DNA of 64,000 nt. Origin: Ruditapes philippinarum (taxonomy: Eukaryota). The DNA lies in contig NW_026863406.1 of assembly GCF_026571515.1 (NCBI RefSeq), positions 1 to 64,000 on the forward strand. Direction: 5' to 3'. Positions 39,701 through 51,900 of the stretch are shown piece after piece (position 1 is the stretch's first letter; every line of letters starts with the position of its first letter). A program made the translations under genes and the position numbers. The notes under the pieces were generated by a model that made no database searches, was not told where the DNA came from, and was given only the letters and a program-made list of their open reading frames with translations.

Positions 39701-42672
39701 CGAGACATTTCATTTAATTCTGACTGGACCCCCACCTATCACTGTTTTGCCTGGCTTATTCATCACTGACATCAGTGTCAGAGAGAACATGATCTGAACA
39801 CCTCTGCAGGTAGAAGTTTCTCCTGTGCGATGGCCAAGGGATCAATGGGTAAATGCCTGCACGGCGGAATGCAGCCTGGACATTATTTGGGTAAGGGCAG
39901 CTAGATTAGGATGAACAAGATACTTGGCAAATATTGTATCTGGTAATTACTGATGAAACTTCCCTAATCAGCTTGTGACATTTTATATCATATATTTTCT
40001 GAAAGGGCCAAAACATCCTACATCCATGGGCTGAAGAATGTGGCTAAATGGGGTGGCAATATGAAGATAACAATTCCTAATTTATGTGCCCATTCAGAGA
40101 GACCTACAGACACATGAGACTTATGCCATCTAGGATCACAAGGATTTTCTTATCATTGCGTCCAGGAACAAATTTAAGAAAGTGATGTTCTAAATAATAT
40201 CTAAAAATGCTGCCATTAGACCAGCCGGTTTCATTAACTGTTCCATCAGCACCTGAAATGTAAAAATAGTTTGATTTAACTATGCCAATATAATATTTTT
40301 AACTGTGAAAAAAATCTACCAAATAAGCTAAAAATATCAGTATTAAGATATTTGTTAAATAATTAACTTTTTTTAATTAAATAATTAACGCTGGCGATGC
40401 TCCAATCATAAGCTCAGACTCATGCGCTGTCCGGGAAACACAAGATAAGGGGGGATAGCTTGTCCAGCTGCACTTCCAGCACCAATCAAAGTTACAATCT
40501 GTCCCTTGCCAGAGGTAACAGCAGAGGGGATGTAACTAGAACTTGAACTACATGAGGAGGCTTATGCTCAACTTTGACTGCCTTTTCATCAATGTTGAAA
40601 ATCAAATGGGTTCAATGTTGTGGTTTTCAATTGTTTCTTTTAAGTTGATGAAGTATTTCATCACTGTATCACGTGATGCCATTTTTGCTCGGGCGTGTTC
40701 TAGACCCTATAATGGAGAATAATAATATGATTAAGAATATCAATTGATTGAATACAAGTTATGAAATAATACATTAAAAAGCATATTATGATATATAGGT
40801 CTACTGTACTTGAATATATTTAATTATTTAGATTGTGAATTATTTCAATATAAAACAAAAAAATACCTACTTTTGTTTAACAACCTTTAATTTGGCCACC
40901 TCTTTAAAAACCCTCTCATCCATTTCATCGTGAGTGGTCTATCCTGAGTTCGTCGACCTAATTGGACAGCATAATCAGTGGCAATGTCAACACACTCTTG
41001 TCTTGTGTACCCATGGCCATATCCTGCCATAGTTTTGAAATGGCTGACAAGATTAGCCTCTTCATACTCGTCAAACAAGGGTTGTCCACCAGCAGACAGA
41101 GTATCAATATGAACTAACCCTAAGTTCTGTCCCTAAGGGTACTCTCTGGGACACCATAGAGTTTTGAGGCTTTTTCTAACTGATGTGCCATGCTCCTTTA
41201 TATGCATATAGGCATTTGGTCAATGCTGTAGGGGAGTAAAGCCTGTTTTTTACGGCGAATTTTTTTGGATTTTGCTGAAAAGCAATTTTGAGATAAAAAC
41301 AAATGATAAAAAAATCACATAAGAAATAGGTCTGAAAACCACTCATGAAAAATGTGCTTAGCCCTAACTTACTGAAAATTGCACGATGGGAAAATGTCAA
41401 TGGAGGTTTGTTTACAAACATAAATCAGCTGTCAAATTTTCAAATGATGTTTTTGAAGCAAAAAATAGGCAGTTTTTGAAAGCAATGAATTGGAAATAGT
41501 AAAAAATACAAATTTACATCAAGATGAAATGTTATGACCCTTCTTTACCTGCTTTGTTCGCATTTTTTGAGCTGATTTTTCTATTTGCTGTTTGCATTCT
41601 GCAATACACAAAATTTTATCGAGCACTTGACGTATGACGTCATCGATTTCGCGCGAGACAGGAAGTAAACAAAAATCACCGGAACCAGGACTCCCACGGA
41701 ATAAGGGCACCCGAGGCTATTATTATAAAATTTGCTACAGGGTCCTACTTATGTAAATACTTTTGTAGCAGAATGAACACAAAAGTGCAAGTATTATAAC
41801 TTGACATACCAATTAAAATGTATAGCATACTTATCCAAGCTAAATGATATTGATCAATGGATAATTTATTTATCCGAAATTCTTTTTAGCCGAAACATTG
41901 ACTACATTGAACATAACACAATGATACTTACATCACTCGTCAAAAAATTACATTGCGCAGAAATTTTCTCTGCAAAAGTAAAAACTTCTTTTGATGATTT
42001 GATAAGCTTCTGGTTTGCAATAAGGCAGCTTCCCAACTCCATTTTCAGGGTCTGTGGTTTTTTTTCACTCGCACATCCCAATCGCAACTTTTCGGTCCTC
42101 AGAAAACGTCGGTACCGTCCGGTAAATTACATCCGTGGGTAAATTGAGTTGTCTTTCTCTGATAATGACAATTTTTATGGTCAAAATGTTAAATTTCGTG
42201 TTTGATAAAGTAACTTTTACGTGTATTAAGAACCCAAAATCACAGAGTTATATTTGTAAAAGTCTCTGCCAAAATTAATTAGGTAAAATTCCATTATTTT
42301 AAATGGGTTTAAATAAAAGTTACAGCGAAAAAACCGGTAATAAGAAGGATCCCAGTATATATTTGCAGACCTATTAAGATATATTACTGTTATGAATCAG
42401 TATCGGAATCGTCTTAATGATAGGTGTAACATAACTCATGCTCGATTTGCACGAAATTCACGTGCTTCTACATAGGCCAATGAAAAGTACTGTTTTATAA
42501 TCTGATAATCTATGTGGATAATATCAGGTAATTTTCCGTTTTTCAATTTAATGAAATACTAAGAGCTGTTGATGTCAAAATATCACAAGTTTTAAATAAA
42601 TGAAGGGAGACAGTCATCACTATTCAAATACTCACCTAGTCTGTCTTTTCTTGAAAATATTTCCAGCCGCAT
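27709..42672 (-). CDS. Uncharacterised large disordered nuclear protein (multiple SIM-like motifs, NLS, AT-hooks), ~980 aa
   Basis: Well-supported phase-0 exons: 32525-30933, 30030-29929 (SPDVCGSPPRKKKRLL...), 28746-27709 (ends DSDVIIID*). Tentative upstream exons: 32787-32764 (24 nt), 33903-33749 and 42672-42636, all GT-AG and in frame. AT-hook-like motifs RGRGRPRG, KRGRP, KRGPGRPKK, GRGRPK. No recognised globular domain. Confidence 0.7.
30140..30366 (+). mobile_element. tRNA-derived CORE-type SINE
   Basis: A box TGGCCGAGTG, B box GGTTCAAACCC, CORE-like TTCCTTGAGCAAGAAACTT, (TAAAC)n tail. Confidence 0.8.
34657..36095. mobile_element. Non-autonomous TA-specific DNA transposon (CAGTAT(G/A)CTAG termini); its left TIR is interrupted by a SINE
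   Basis: TA|CAGTATGCT[SINE]AGAAATT ... CTAGTATACTG|TA, with repeated internal GTGGTACGT(AA/TT)CCTCC motifs. Confidence 0.6.
34666..34866 (+). mobile_element. 5'-truncated Meta-type SINE with (AAAC)n tail
   Basis: TCATGTGAGGAAGCTATCCAGCT...GGTGGTTCTACTCAGGTGCCC...GAGGTCTTCCTCCACCA body; TSD ACAGTATGCT on both sides. Confidence 0.85.
36623..37884. mobile_element. Non-autonomous TIR element, CAGGGCACT termini, ~6-bp TSD
   Basis: Present only in duplication copy 2; flanks ACGTAT / CCGTAT; empty site at ~35277 in copy 1. Confidence 0.88.
38706..41717 (-). mobile_element. pogo/Fot1-like DNA transposon (Tc1/mariner superfamily), ~3.0 kb
   Basis: Imperfect TIRs GCCTCG(A/G)GTGCCC(A/T)T(G/A)TTCCG and a TA TSD confirmed by the empty site in the duplicate copy near 36096. 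Confidence 0.9.
39195..41563 (-). pseudogene. Spliced pogo-type transposase (HTH_psq + CENP-B HTH + DDE_1 + C-terminal PHD-like finger) with many frameshifts
   Basis: Peptides SVRKASKLYGVPESTLRDR, WMRGFLKRWP, FNIDE, GWSN, LDG(H)...QPMD (about D35D after repairing frameshifts) and a Cys/His cluster at 39200-39400. AT-rich introns at about 41548-41275, 40870-40707 and 40390-40253. Confidence 0.85.
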
Positions 42673-44393
42673 AAAGACAAATTGCTGCTGCCGATGATGG
42701 CAGAAACGTGTAATTCTTGTAACATTTTTCTTCAATTGTCAATTCTGGCACCAGTTCCATGTCGAAAAATTCGAACTACAGTTTAAAGTAAATTTCAGAA
42801 TTGGTTGCAAATGCGAAGCAAAATGCCTTCCGTTCTCTTAACCATGAAAAACGTTTTTATTTACTTTACGATGTACATGATGATGTATATTCAAAAATGC
42901 ATTCACAAATAAATTTACGCACGTGCTTTAATTGATTTCGGAAGTAAAAATTGCTCTCTGTATTTGTGAAGAAATTAAGTTGCTCTTTTATTGTGGAAAA
43001 AAAACCTATTAGTTATAAAGCAATATCAATCGTGGACTTTTAAATAAGAAAGAAAAACAGAATTCCTACGGCAAAATTGAAAATGTTGCAGACTCAGTTT
43101 GACTGAGCCTGTTTATGTACTGAAAAATGCAAGCTACCGTCCACGCTCCCAATAACCACGTCTTCATACCAATTGCAGTAAAATGAGTTTTATTCAGATT
43201 GGGTGAAATCAAGGAGATAAGTGTTCTTATTACAAGAAAGACTAAATATAGAAGAAATCGAAGAACCCATACACATGCACATTCAGGAACACTTCCATTT
43301 GTTTGCTGTGAAGAGGGTTACGCCATAAAGCCAAAGGTTGTTCTTTTAGTCTTTTTTTTTTTGTAAATAGTTACTTAAATTAAACGTATAACCACAGTAT
43401 ACTATATAGGGAAACAAAACCGGTAGCAATGTCTTAGTATGATAGATTCAGCTTTTTAACACAGTGACACTTTTAACAGTGACACTCGTTGTTTACATCC
43501 TATTTTTCATACCCAAGGTAACCGTTTATCGTGCACTGGATCCTTCAGAACACTATACGCTATTTATTTTGTTATTACATTTATTTCTGTTGATACACTG
43601 CATATCTGACAAATTCAGTAACACTACCTTAATTAGACAGCTTACTGGTACATATTGAAATGAGAGGAAGAACGGAATATTTTATCCCTGACTTTATGTC
43701 TGGAAAATATTTAAATTGAGTAGAATTTTTTTAACAATAATGCCTCTCTTTCAATTGAATAAAAAGCGATTTCTTATCGATGTGGCCATTGGCTGTAAAT
43801 GCATGTATCATTGCGCACGGCATGAGCAGGAGAGGTCCTCGACAAAATTGTTGTTGCATTTTAAGATTTAGAATAAAGAACGAAAATTAAAATTTAGAAC
43901 ATGATAAACATATGCCAAACAAGTCAAGTATCTAACGGACTCGGCAGTCATTTGACAGTTCTTTGACAGAAATAATCATAAAATGTAACCGAATTTTTAA
44001 ATAAAGATATGTTTGCTATCAAATGTGGAAAATGGGCGCGTCAGTGCCTTATGGACCACAATCCTAGTCTTATGTCGGTGTTTCTATTGCCGATGTTATT
44101 GTAAATCGTTTTAAGACATTTTTATTTCCACCTATTTTGGGCCTCTTGTTATGTAAATGCTAAATTAAGTAACGCAACTAAATGACAGTACTATAAGGTT
44201 TACAAGACAAAAGTTCCAAGTTAAATGTTACGATATCAAAATTGTTCTACACAAAGAACAAAATCTGACTGATGGCAAAAGTGCTTACAATGATAATAAT
44301 CATACAATGTTAACGTCAAGTTATGTGCGTAACATTTACCGATACAATGTTATTTTAGTACTTCAAATTTTATCAAACACTATCAATATTATA

Positions 44394-44602
44394 CAGTGAT
44401 TTTTCCACATATAATAGGGGCCTATAAAAGGCCTCCTACCGATTGATTGACTTTAAAATTATGCAGTTTTCCCAAAAAAATCTGAACTTACACCAGTTTT
44501 TTTACTTCCCAAATTAGCAATTTTAGCTATAATTTTTCCCAAAATGAAGAGACCATGGCCTTTTCCGAATTAACACAATGAATTAAGTGAGAAAAATCAC
44601 TG
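44394..44602. mobile_element. Small MITE with CAGTGATTTTTC TIRs
   Basis: Inverted termini CAGTGATTTTTC...GAAAAATCACTG; related ends at ~4075-4176 and ~33314-33420. No clear TSD. Confidence 0.6.
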
Positions 44603-46770
44603 CAATAGTTTATTATGGCAATTTCAAAAAAAAAAAAGTTTCCATTTTGAGGAAATCATTCTTCAAGTAAACTGAACGTAGCTTTTCTTGGATATGAAAA
44701 AAGCATGTTTAAACAATATTCATCAACAAGTGTCTGTAACTCTTTACAAAAAAAGAGGCTAAAATTATTTCCTTTGACTTTACAACTATCGCATGCAACC
44801 CTTTCCGAGGCATACCAGACACATAGATAACATGTTATCTATATGTCTCTGGGCATACAAAAGATTTCTTTTATATCTTAACTCTTTCTCTCACTTAGAG
44901 TACAGATATTTCTTTTCTGAAAGATAATTTAAACAACTTCAAAACGTAACCAAACATATTATTTTTGTATAGGACTAAATGTACGTAATTTGACGTGCAC
45001 CTTGCGATACTGTCATGAAACTAATAATGTTTTTAAAAAAGAGATCTTTGATATGTACTTGTTTACCGGTACTCTCCTTTTGGCTTAAAGCTGCATTAAA
45101 TAAATTTCATAAAAAGAGAAATAGCTAGATTTTGTTAATTAAATGTGTTTCATATAGACTCCCATTCTTATTTTGATGTCCAGGAAACCAAAATGAGTTT
45201 TATAAGCCTAAAATTCTGCAACCTAATTGTGTATAATTTCTATTTGTATGAGGAACTCCGCCTTTGGGTCATCCGTATATCAATAGAAAATCAACAAACA
45301 TTTTTAAGCAGCAGTCCCATTTCCGCATTATAATATGGACGTTTTCAGATGATTAGTTTTTTGTTAACGACAGGGCTATATATTATGCACTGTGAAACTA
45401 AAACGGTAAAAGTTTGTTTGCACAAGAATATCTCGTATTTGCTGTGACCCACATGGTTACAATTGCATGATTTTACCACCATGACATAGCGCATACTCGA
45501 ATTATACTAGTCTTCATTTGCATGTTAAAATTCATATATGAACTTAAGTGTTACCACATGGATTTCCTTTCAAAATCAGAGCTTATGAACAATTTTTTAT
45601 GAGATTTACAACAATACTGTTAAAAACGTTCACAAAAGTATAGAATGCCTGATTTTGAAGTTGACGGAAAAATATGTTTATGTTATAAAATATAGTATAG
45701 GGATATAATGAAAATCGTCGAAACGTGTCAGAATATTGTTTTTATGAATTTTTATTGTGCAAATCAACTTGCATTGATATTTTTTATGGGTTGTAGCAGG
45801 GCCTTCGGGGGGAGGGGGCCCGGGATAATATCAGATCACAGCGTCTTCTCCCTGTGTTTACAATGGTGTTCAAAATGCTGCAGTTATCATTGATAGGGTG
45901 GGGCCAATTTTCATTTCAGGAAGCCTGGCCACTATCTCATTATAAGTAATATTTCTGCCAAAGTTTTTTTTATATCAGTTCAAAAGATACAGAGTGAACA
46001 CAATACTTTGAAGTTTATACAAAATGCGTGTGACCTTGGATCTGAGAAAGGTCAAATACACACATCGTTTCTTTATGGTTATTATTTTGCCAAGTAGTTT
46101 TACTTTCCTTCCACGCTTCAAAAGATACAGACCTTGGATCTGAGAAAGGTCAAATACACACATCGTCTCTTTATGGTTATTATTTTGCCAAGTAGTTTTA
46201 CTTTCCTTCCACCGCTTTAAAAGATACAGACCAGACACAAGAACTATACAAGTCTGACACAAGAACTATATAAATCAAGTAATCCTCAGGTGCCAATTTT
46301 GATCTCGGGTAGCGCAAACCAGTGTTCTGCGCACTGTCTCATTATAAGTAATATTTCTGCCAAGAAGTTTTAATTTCTTTCTAGCGGTTCAAAAGTTAGA
46401 GAGCAGACACAATATTTTAAAGTTGAGACTTCCACCTAAGAAAGTCAAAACCTTCGCTTCACACATCATTTCATAATGGTTAACATTTCTGCCAAGCAGT
46501 TTCAACTTCCTTCAACCATTTCAAAAGATCTAGAGTGGACACTTAACTGCTGACAGGCAGGCAGACAACTAGGTGCGTAACATTTTATGCAGTATGAAAT
46601 ATATTTATCTAGGAATGATTTTTTGAGATTTATTTATTTCACACATTTCTATCTTATGATTTTTTGAAGATTTATTTATTTCACACATTTCTATCTATTT
46701 CCATCATGAATCTGACAAGATTTTATTATTTCCTCGAGCAAATGATGCATGTATTTTATCATGTTACAAA

Positions 46771-46922
46771 GGGGCATCCATGGCCGAGTGGTTAAGGTCA
46801 TTGACTTCAAGCCACTTGCCCCTCACCGCTGTTGGTTCAAATCCGGACAGGGACTTTGGATTCTTCATGTGAGGAAGCTATACTAGCTGTGTTGGTGTGA
46901 CGTAAAACCAAATCAAACAAAA
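46771..46922 (+). mobile_element. Meta-type SINE with tRNA head, internally deleted
   Basis: A box TGGCCGAGTGG, B box GGTTCAAATCC, CATGTGAGGAAGCTAT joined directly to the 3' tail. Other diverged copies at ~6725-6815, ~12990-13145, ~22930-23080 and ~29064-29316. Confidence 0.8.
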
Positions 46923-47214
46923 CACTTAACAATTTTTTATTTTGTGTGAAATAAAGAAAGAAAGCAGTCCAATTTGTAATAAACATCATTATATTACATT
47001 ATTACTCAGTTGATTTATTTTATACACATATATGCACGTAATGGTAAAATGATAAAATGAAGCATCAAATGTTGCCAACTTTCCATACACAAATCAAAGA
47101 ATTCATAATCATTTGACCTACTGAAAATAAAGCTAAACAAATCTGAAATTTTAAGCGAGAAGTCAAGGACATCAAAACGTATACATTTGGTTATCAGTCT
47201 GTAAGACAAAATCA

Positions 47215-48344
47215 TTTTTAGTCCCCTACCGGTTTACCGGAGGGGACTTTAGGTTTACCCTCCGTCCGTCTGTCCGTCCGTCTGTCTGTCCGTCCGTCTG
47301 TCCGTCTGTCAGTCCGTCAGTCCGTCCGTCCACAAAACTGGATCCCGCGATAACTTGAAAAGTACTGAAAATATTTTTATGAAACTTGGTATATGGATAG
47401 ATGGCAGTATGGAGATTATGCACGTTATTTTCTTTTCTTCCTATGTCGAAAATTCTGGTTGCTATGGCAACAAATAGGCTGAAAATATGGCAAATTTTAC
47501 ACATAAACTGGATCCCGCGATAACTTGAAAAGTACTGAAAATATTTTTATGAAACTTGGTATATGGATAGATGGCAGTATGGAGATTATGCACGTCTTTT
47601 TCTTTTCTTCCTATGTTGAAAATTCTGGTTGCTATGGCAACAAATAGGCTGAAAATATGGCAAATTTTACACATAAACTGGATCCAGTGATAACGCAAAA
47701 AGTACTGGAAATATTTTTATGAAACTTGACATATTGGTAGATGGCAGTCTTGAGATTATGCATGTCTTTTTCTTTTCTTCCTATGTTGAAAATTCTGGTT
47801 GTTATGGCAACACATAGACTGAAAATATGGCAAATTTTACACATAAACTGAATCCAGTTATAACTCAAAAAGTACTGGAAATATTTTTATGAAACTTGAC
47901 ATATGGGTAGATAGCAGTCTTGAGATTATGCATGTCTTATCCGTTCTTCCTATTTTGATAAAATATCAGTTGCCTTGGCAACAAATAGGCTTAAAACATG
48001 GCAAATAAAACAATATTTGTGATTAGTCAAAAGAGCTGAAAATTTTTATGAAATTGCATCTTTAATTCAAGAGTTATCTCCTCTTTAAGAATTTTGCTTT
48101 TAAAATTTTATATTTTGGTAACAGGGATGTTTCAAATATTAACTTTAGAGTGTCCTTCAGTCCGTCTGTCTGTTCATAAAAACTGTTTCCTGTGATCACT
48201 TTTAAAGAACTTTTCCAACAAATTTACTTAAAATAGAGAAAAATTGAAACATTAGTGAATGGCCAATGGCCCTTCAGAATGTTGATGGGGTTCTAACCGG
48301 TAGGGGACTTATGGATTGCTTGCAATACTATGATAATTGCTTGT
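47215..48344 (+). mobile_element. HINE/pearl-like element with ~4 x 170 bp repeats
   Basis: TTTTTAGTCCCCTACCGG start, (GTCC/GTCT)n, AAACTGGATCC units spaced 170 bp apart, 3' ACCGGTAGGGGACT sub-terminal IR plus a short hairpin. Confidence 0.85.
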
Positions 48345-48905
48345 GTAAAAAGTTATGTATGTACAGTTACACATATATTTTTAAAAGGATTGCGTGATAG
48401 TACTGCATGTTAAATCAATGTTACACATTTTCCTTAATATCATACATTTATACATCTATGCACAAAAAATACAATGTAGAAGAAAATGTACATATCCCAA
48501 TTTCAATTAAGAATCTAAAAATTTATATAAACTTCAAGGAAATATATTTGTTTCTATTTAACTTCAATTTAAGACCACACAATCATGGCAAATGAAACAT
48601 AATAGACAGGAGACATCAGATCAGTAAGCCTAGAGGCTGGATTTAGATGGGGGTAAAGTCAAAACTGTAAATGAACTACACAAGAAGTACAACAGCCAAC
48701 AAAATATAACAATCTCAGATTACTGAACACCTAATAATAACATTTTTGAACACTAATGACCTAGAGAAATTCAAAATTGTTGATGAATTTTAGGTACAAG
48801 TTCAATGAAGCACAGTTCAATTTCTCCAATGCCATTGCCAAAACTTCCAATAAAAAAATAAAAAATCATCGAGGTCAAATTGAAGGTGCATTTTGTGGAT
48901 GAAGA

Positions 48906-51900
48906 TCACTTCTTGCCAGATTTCTTTATCCCACCACCACCTGCAACATAAAAATAGAGAATTTAAGATCATAATGTCTTTATAACTTCCATTGACCAAT
49001 TTACATAATCAGTTACTTCCATTGTTCGTCAAAATCTTGAATATTATATTTGCATTTATAATTTTTAAAAAAATCAAAACAAAAACATTCCAAATAATTT
49101 TACAGTTTATTTACTTCTATTTCACTGTTAAGCAATCTTTCAACATTTAACCTGCAGACAACATTAAACATGGTGGCCATATGTGGCATCAAAGGTCCTC
49201 ACATTAACACTCTGATTATACAGTGTACACCTGTGGATATATCATATACTCGTTACATCCAAATTGTCTTCCTTCCTAATCTTGTATAATTTTCTTTTGT
49301 ACCACACTCAAAGCATAAACATGGCCATAAGAAATCCTTTTATAAAGTTCTAAACAACTTTTTAACACTGTAAATGGACGTTTATGATAAAGATTAATAT
49401 GGCTAAGACAGGCTTTCACACCTTCACATACAACTATATTTTGATTATCAGAAGGCATGTGCTGATCTCCAATAATTTTGAATCGAAATACCCAGGTGAG
49501 TTAGTGAACATGCTACAAAGTTTCATTGCTCTATCAGTTTCACTTTTGGTGCAACATGTCACAGTCACACAAAATGCTCTATGTAAAGAAATTGGAATAA
49601 AAAGCATGTGCAAATCTATAAATTGCCCCTAACAAAAAGTGGTTGGAGAATAAAATTAAACAATAGGGCCATGATGGCCCTAGATCGCTCACCTGACCCA
49701 TCAAACTCATCCGAACAATTACCTAGACAAGCATTCTGACCAAGTTTCATGACCACTACAGTGTTAACAAGGATTATCCATATTTGAGCAGTGTGACCTA
49801 GTTTTTTACCCAGGTGACCCATATTCAAACTTGACCTAGAAATCATCAAAACAAACTTTCAGACCAATTTCCAGGATAATTGGATCAAAACAGTAGCAAG
49901 TAGAGTGTTAAGAAGATTTTTCTATTTTTAGCTCTGGTGACCTAGTTTCACATGCGATTTCGAACTCATCTGAGCAATTACCTAGACAAGCATCCTGACC
50001 AAGTTTGATGATAATTGAGTCGAAAATGTGACCACTAGAGTGTTAACAAGGTTTTTCCATATTTGGGCGGTGTGACCTACTTTTTCATCCGAGATGACCA
50101 ATGTTCGAACTTGACTTAGAAATTATCAAAACAAACTTTCAGACCAATTTACAGGATATTTAGATCAAAACAGTAGCCACTAGAGTGTTAACAAGATTTT
50201 TCTATTTTTAGCTCCTTTGACCTAGTTTTTCATCCGAGATGACCCATGTTCAAACTAATCTGAGCAATTACCTAGACAAGTTTCCTGACCAAGTTTGATG
50301 ACACTTGTGTCAAAAGTGTGACCACTAGAGTGTTAACAAGATTTTTCTATTTTTAGCTCCTGTGACCTAGTTTTTCATTCGAGATGACCCATGCAGGTTT
50401 AAACTCATACAAGCTATCACCTAGACAAGCATCCTGACCAAGTTTGATGATGATTGAGGCAAAAATGTGACTGCTAGAGTGTTAACAAGGTTTTTCTATT
50501 TTTAGCTCTTGTGACCTAGTTTTTCATCCGAGATGACCCATGTTAGAACTCATCCATGCTATCAACTAGATAAGCATCCTGACCAAGTTTGACGATGATT
50601 GTGGCAAAAATGCGACCGCTAGAGTGTTAACAACTAAATGTGAACGGACGAAGGCCGACGGACAATCATCGATCCTAAAAGCTCACCCTGAGCATGCTCA
50701 GGTGAGCTAAAAAAATCATGGTTTGAACCAGTAGTTTATAGAATTTGAAAAACATGTTTTGCATACCCAAAGGACCTTTTTGTCCTGCTTTTGCCTTGGC
50801 TGCTTCTAAAGCTTTTTGCTGCTCTCTTTGCTTCTGTTTGAACTCCATTTCATCCTGCCAAAAGTAAAATAAATGTAAACTATAGTCAAATCTGGCATAT
50901 CTAATTTTCTTACAAAATGTAGATTAATTTTGTTATTTAACTAGAAATGTGTCCATAGGACACGGGTGCCCCCATCGCGCCACTGTTCTGTCATTTTTAC
51001 TAAGTCAAGGGAAATAACTCTACAAATACTGGATAAATCCACAAGCGAAACCCCAGGTGCAAATCTAAATAATTATGCTGAGCAACCTGCCCATAAGGTT
51101 TAATGACTATGTCAAATCCTTTTTGAGTAACTTGCGACACAAGTTGAAAATTGCAAAAATTTTCTAAGTGAAGGGCAATAACTCTGAAAATACTAAATAA
51201 ATCCAGACGAAAATACCTGGTGCACAACTGCACATGCTGATCAATATTCCTGTAAAGTTACATGACTCTAGGTCAAATACTTTTTGAGTTACGTGCGACA
51301 CATGTTGAAAATTGCAAAATTTTACTAAGTCATGGACAATAACTCTGAAAATACTAAAAATATCCAGACGAAAATACCCAGGTGCACAACTACACATGCT
51401 GATCAACATTCCTGTAAAGTTTCATGACTCTAGGTCAAATACTTTTTGAGTTACATGCGACACAAGTTGAAAATTGCAAAATTTTACTAAGTCAAGGGCA
51501 ATAACTCTGAAAATACTAAAAATATCCACACGAAAATACCCAGGTGCACAACTACACATGCTGATCAACATTCCTGTAAAGTTTCATGACACTAGGTCAA
51601 ATACTTTTTGAGTTATGTGAAACACAAAAGTGAACGGACGGACAAGGGTAAATCTAAATGCCCGCCACTAACGTGGGGGCACAAAAATCACAATAATTAT
51701 GGCAAAATCCTTAACAATTCACATTTCTACATTTATAGGTATATCTTTTAACAATTAAGATGAAAATCTGAAGGGAACACACAAAATTTAACTATTATGG
51801 TAGAATAGTACATTATACATTCAGGGCTCATCCTGGGGGGAAATTTTAGGGAGAAGTGACTTCCTCGCGAAAATTAGGGAGAAGGGAAACAACCCAATGT

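Larger units (their letters stand above)
34798..41772. repeat. Tandem duplication of a ~1.35-kb unit (copy 1 ~34798-36149; copy 2 ~36150-41772 with two TE insertions)
   Basis: Near-identical sequence from ATGACCTATACTGTG to TTTGTAGCAGA in both copies. ORFs 35139 and 36479 share their first 48 aa. Confidence 0.92.

Noticed and set aside
41932-42160. Possible additional exon of gene 3 (good GTAAGT donor at ~41931)
   Set aside because: No frame is open from the nearest acceptor to the donor; at most a non-coding alternative exon.
47226-47868. Three repeated ORFs with similar peptides (also 51000-51409 and 8071-8478)
   Set aside because: Translations of tandem monomers and microsatellites inside HINE elements; no evidence of coding.
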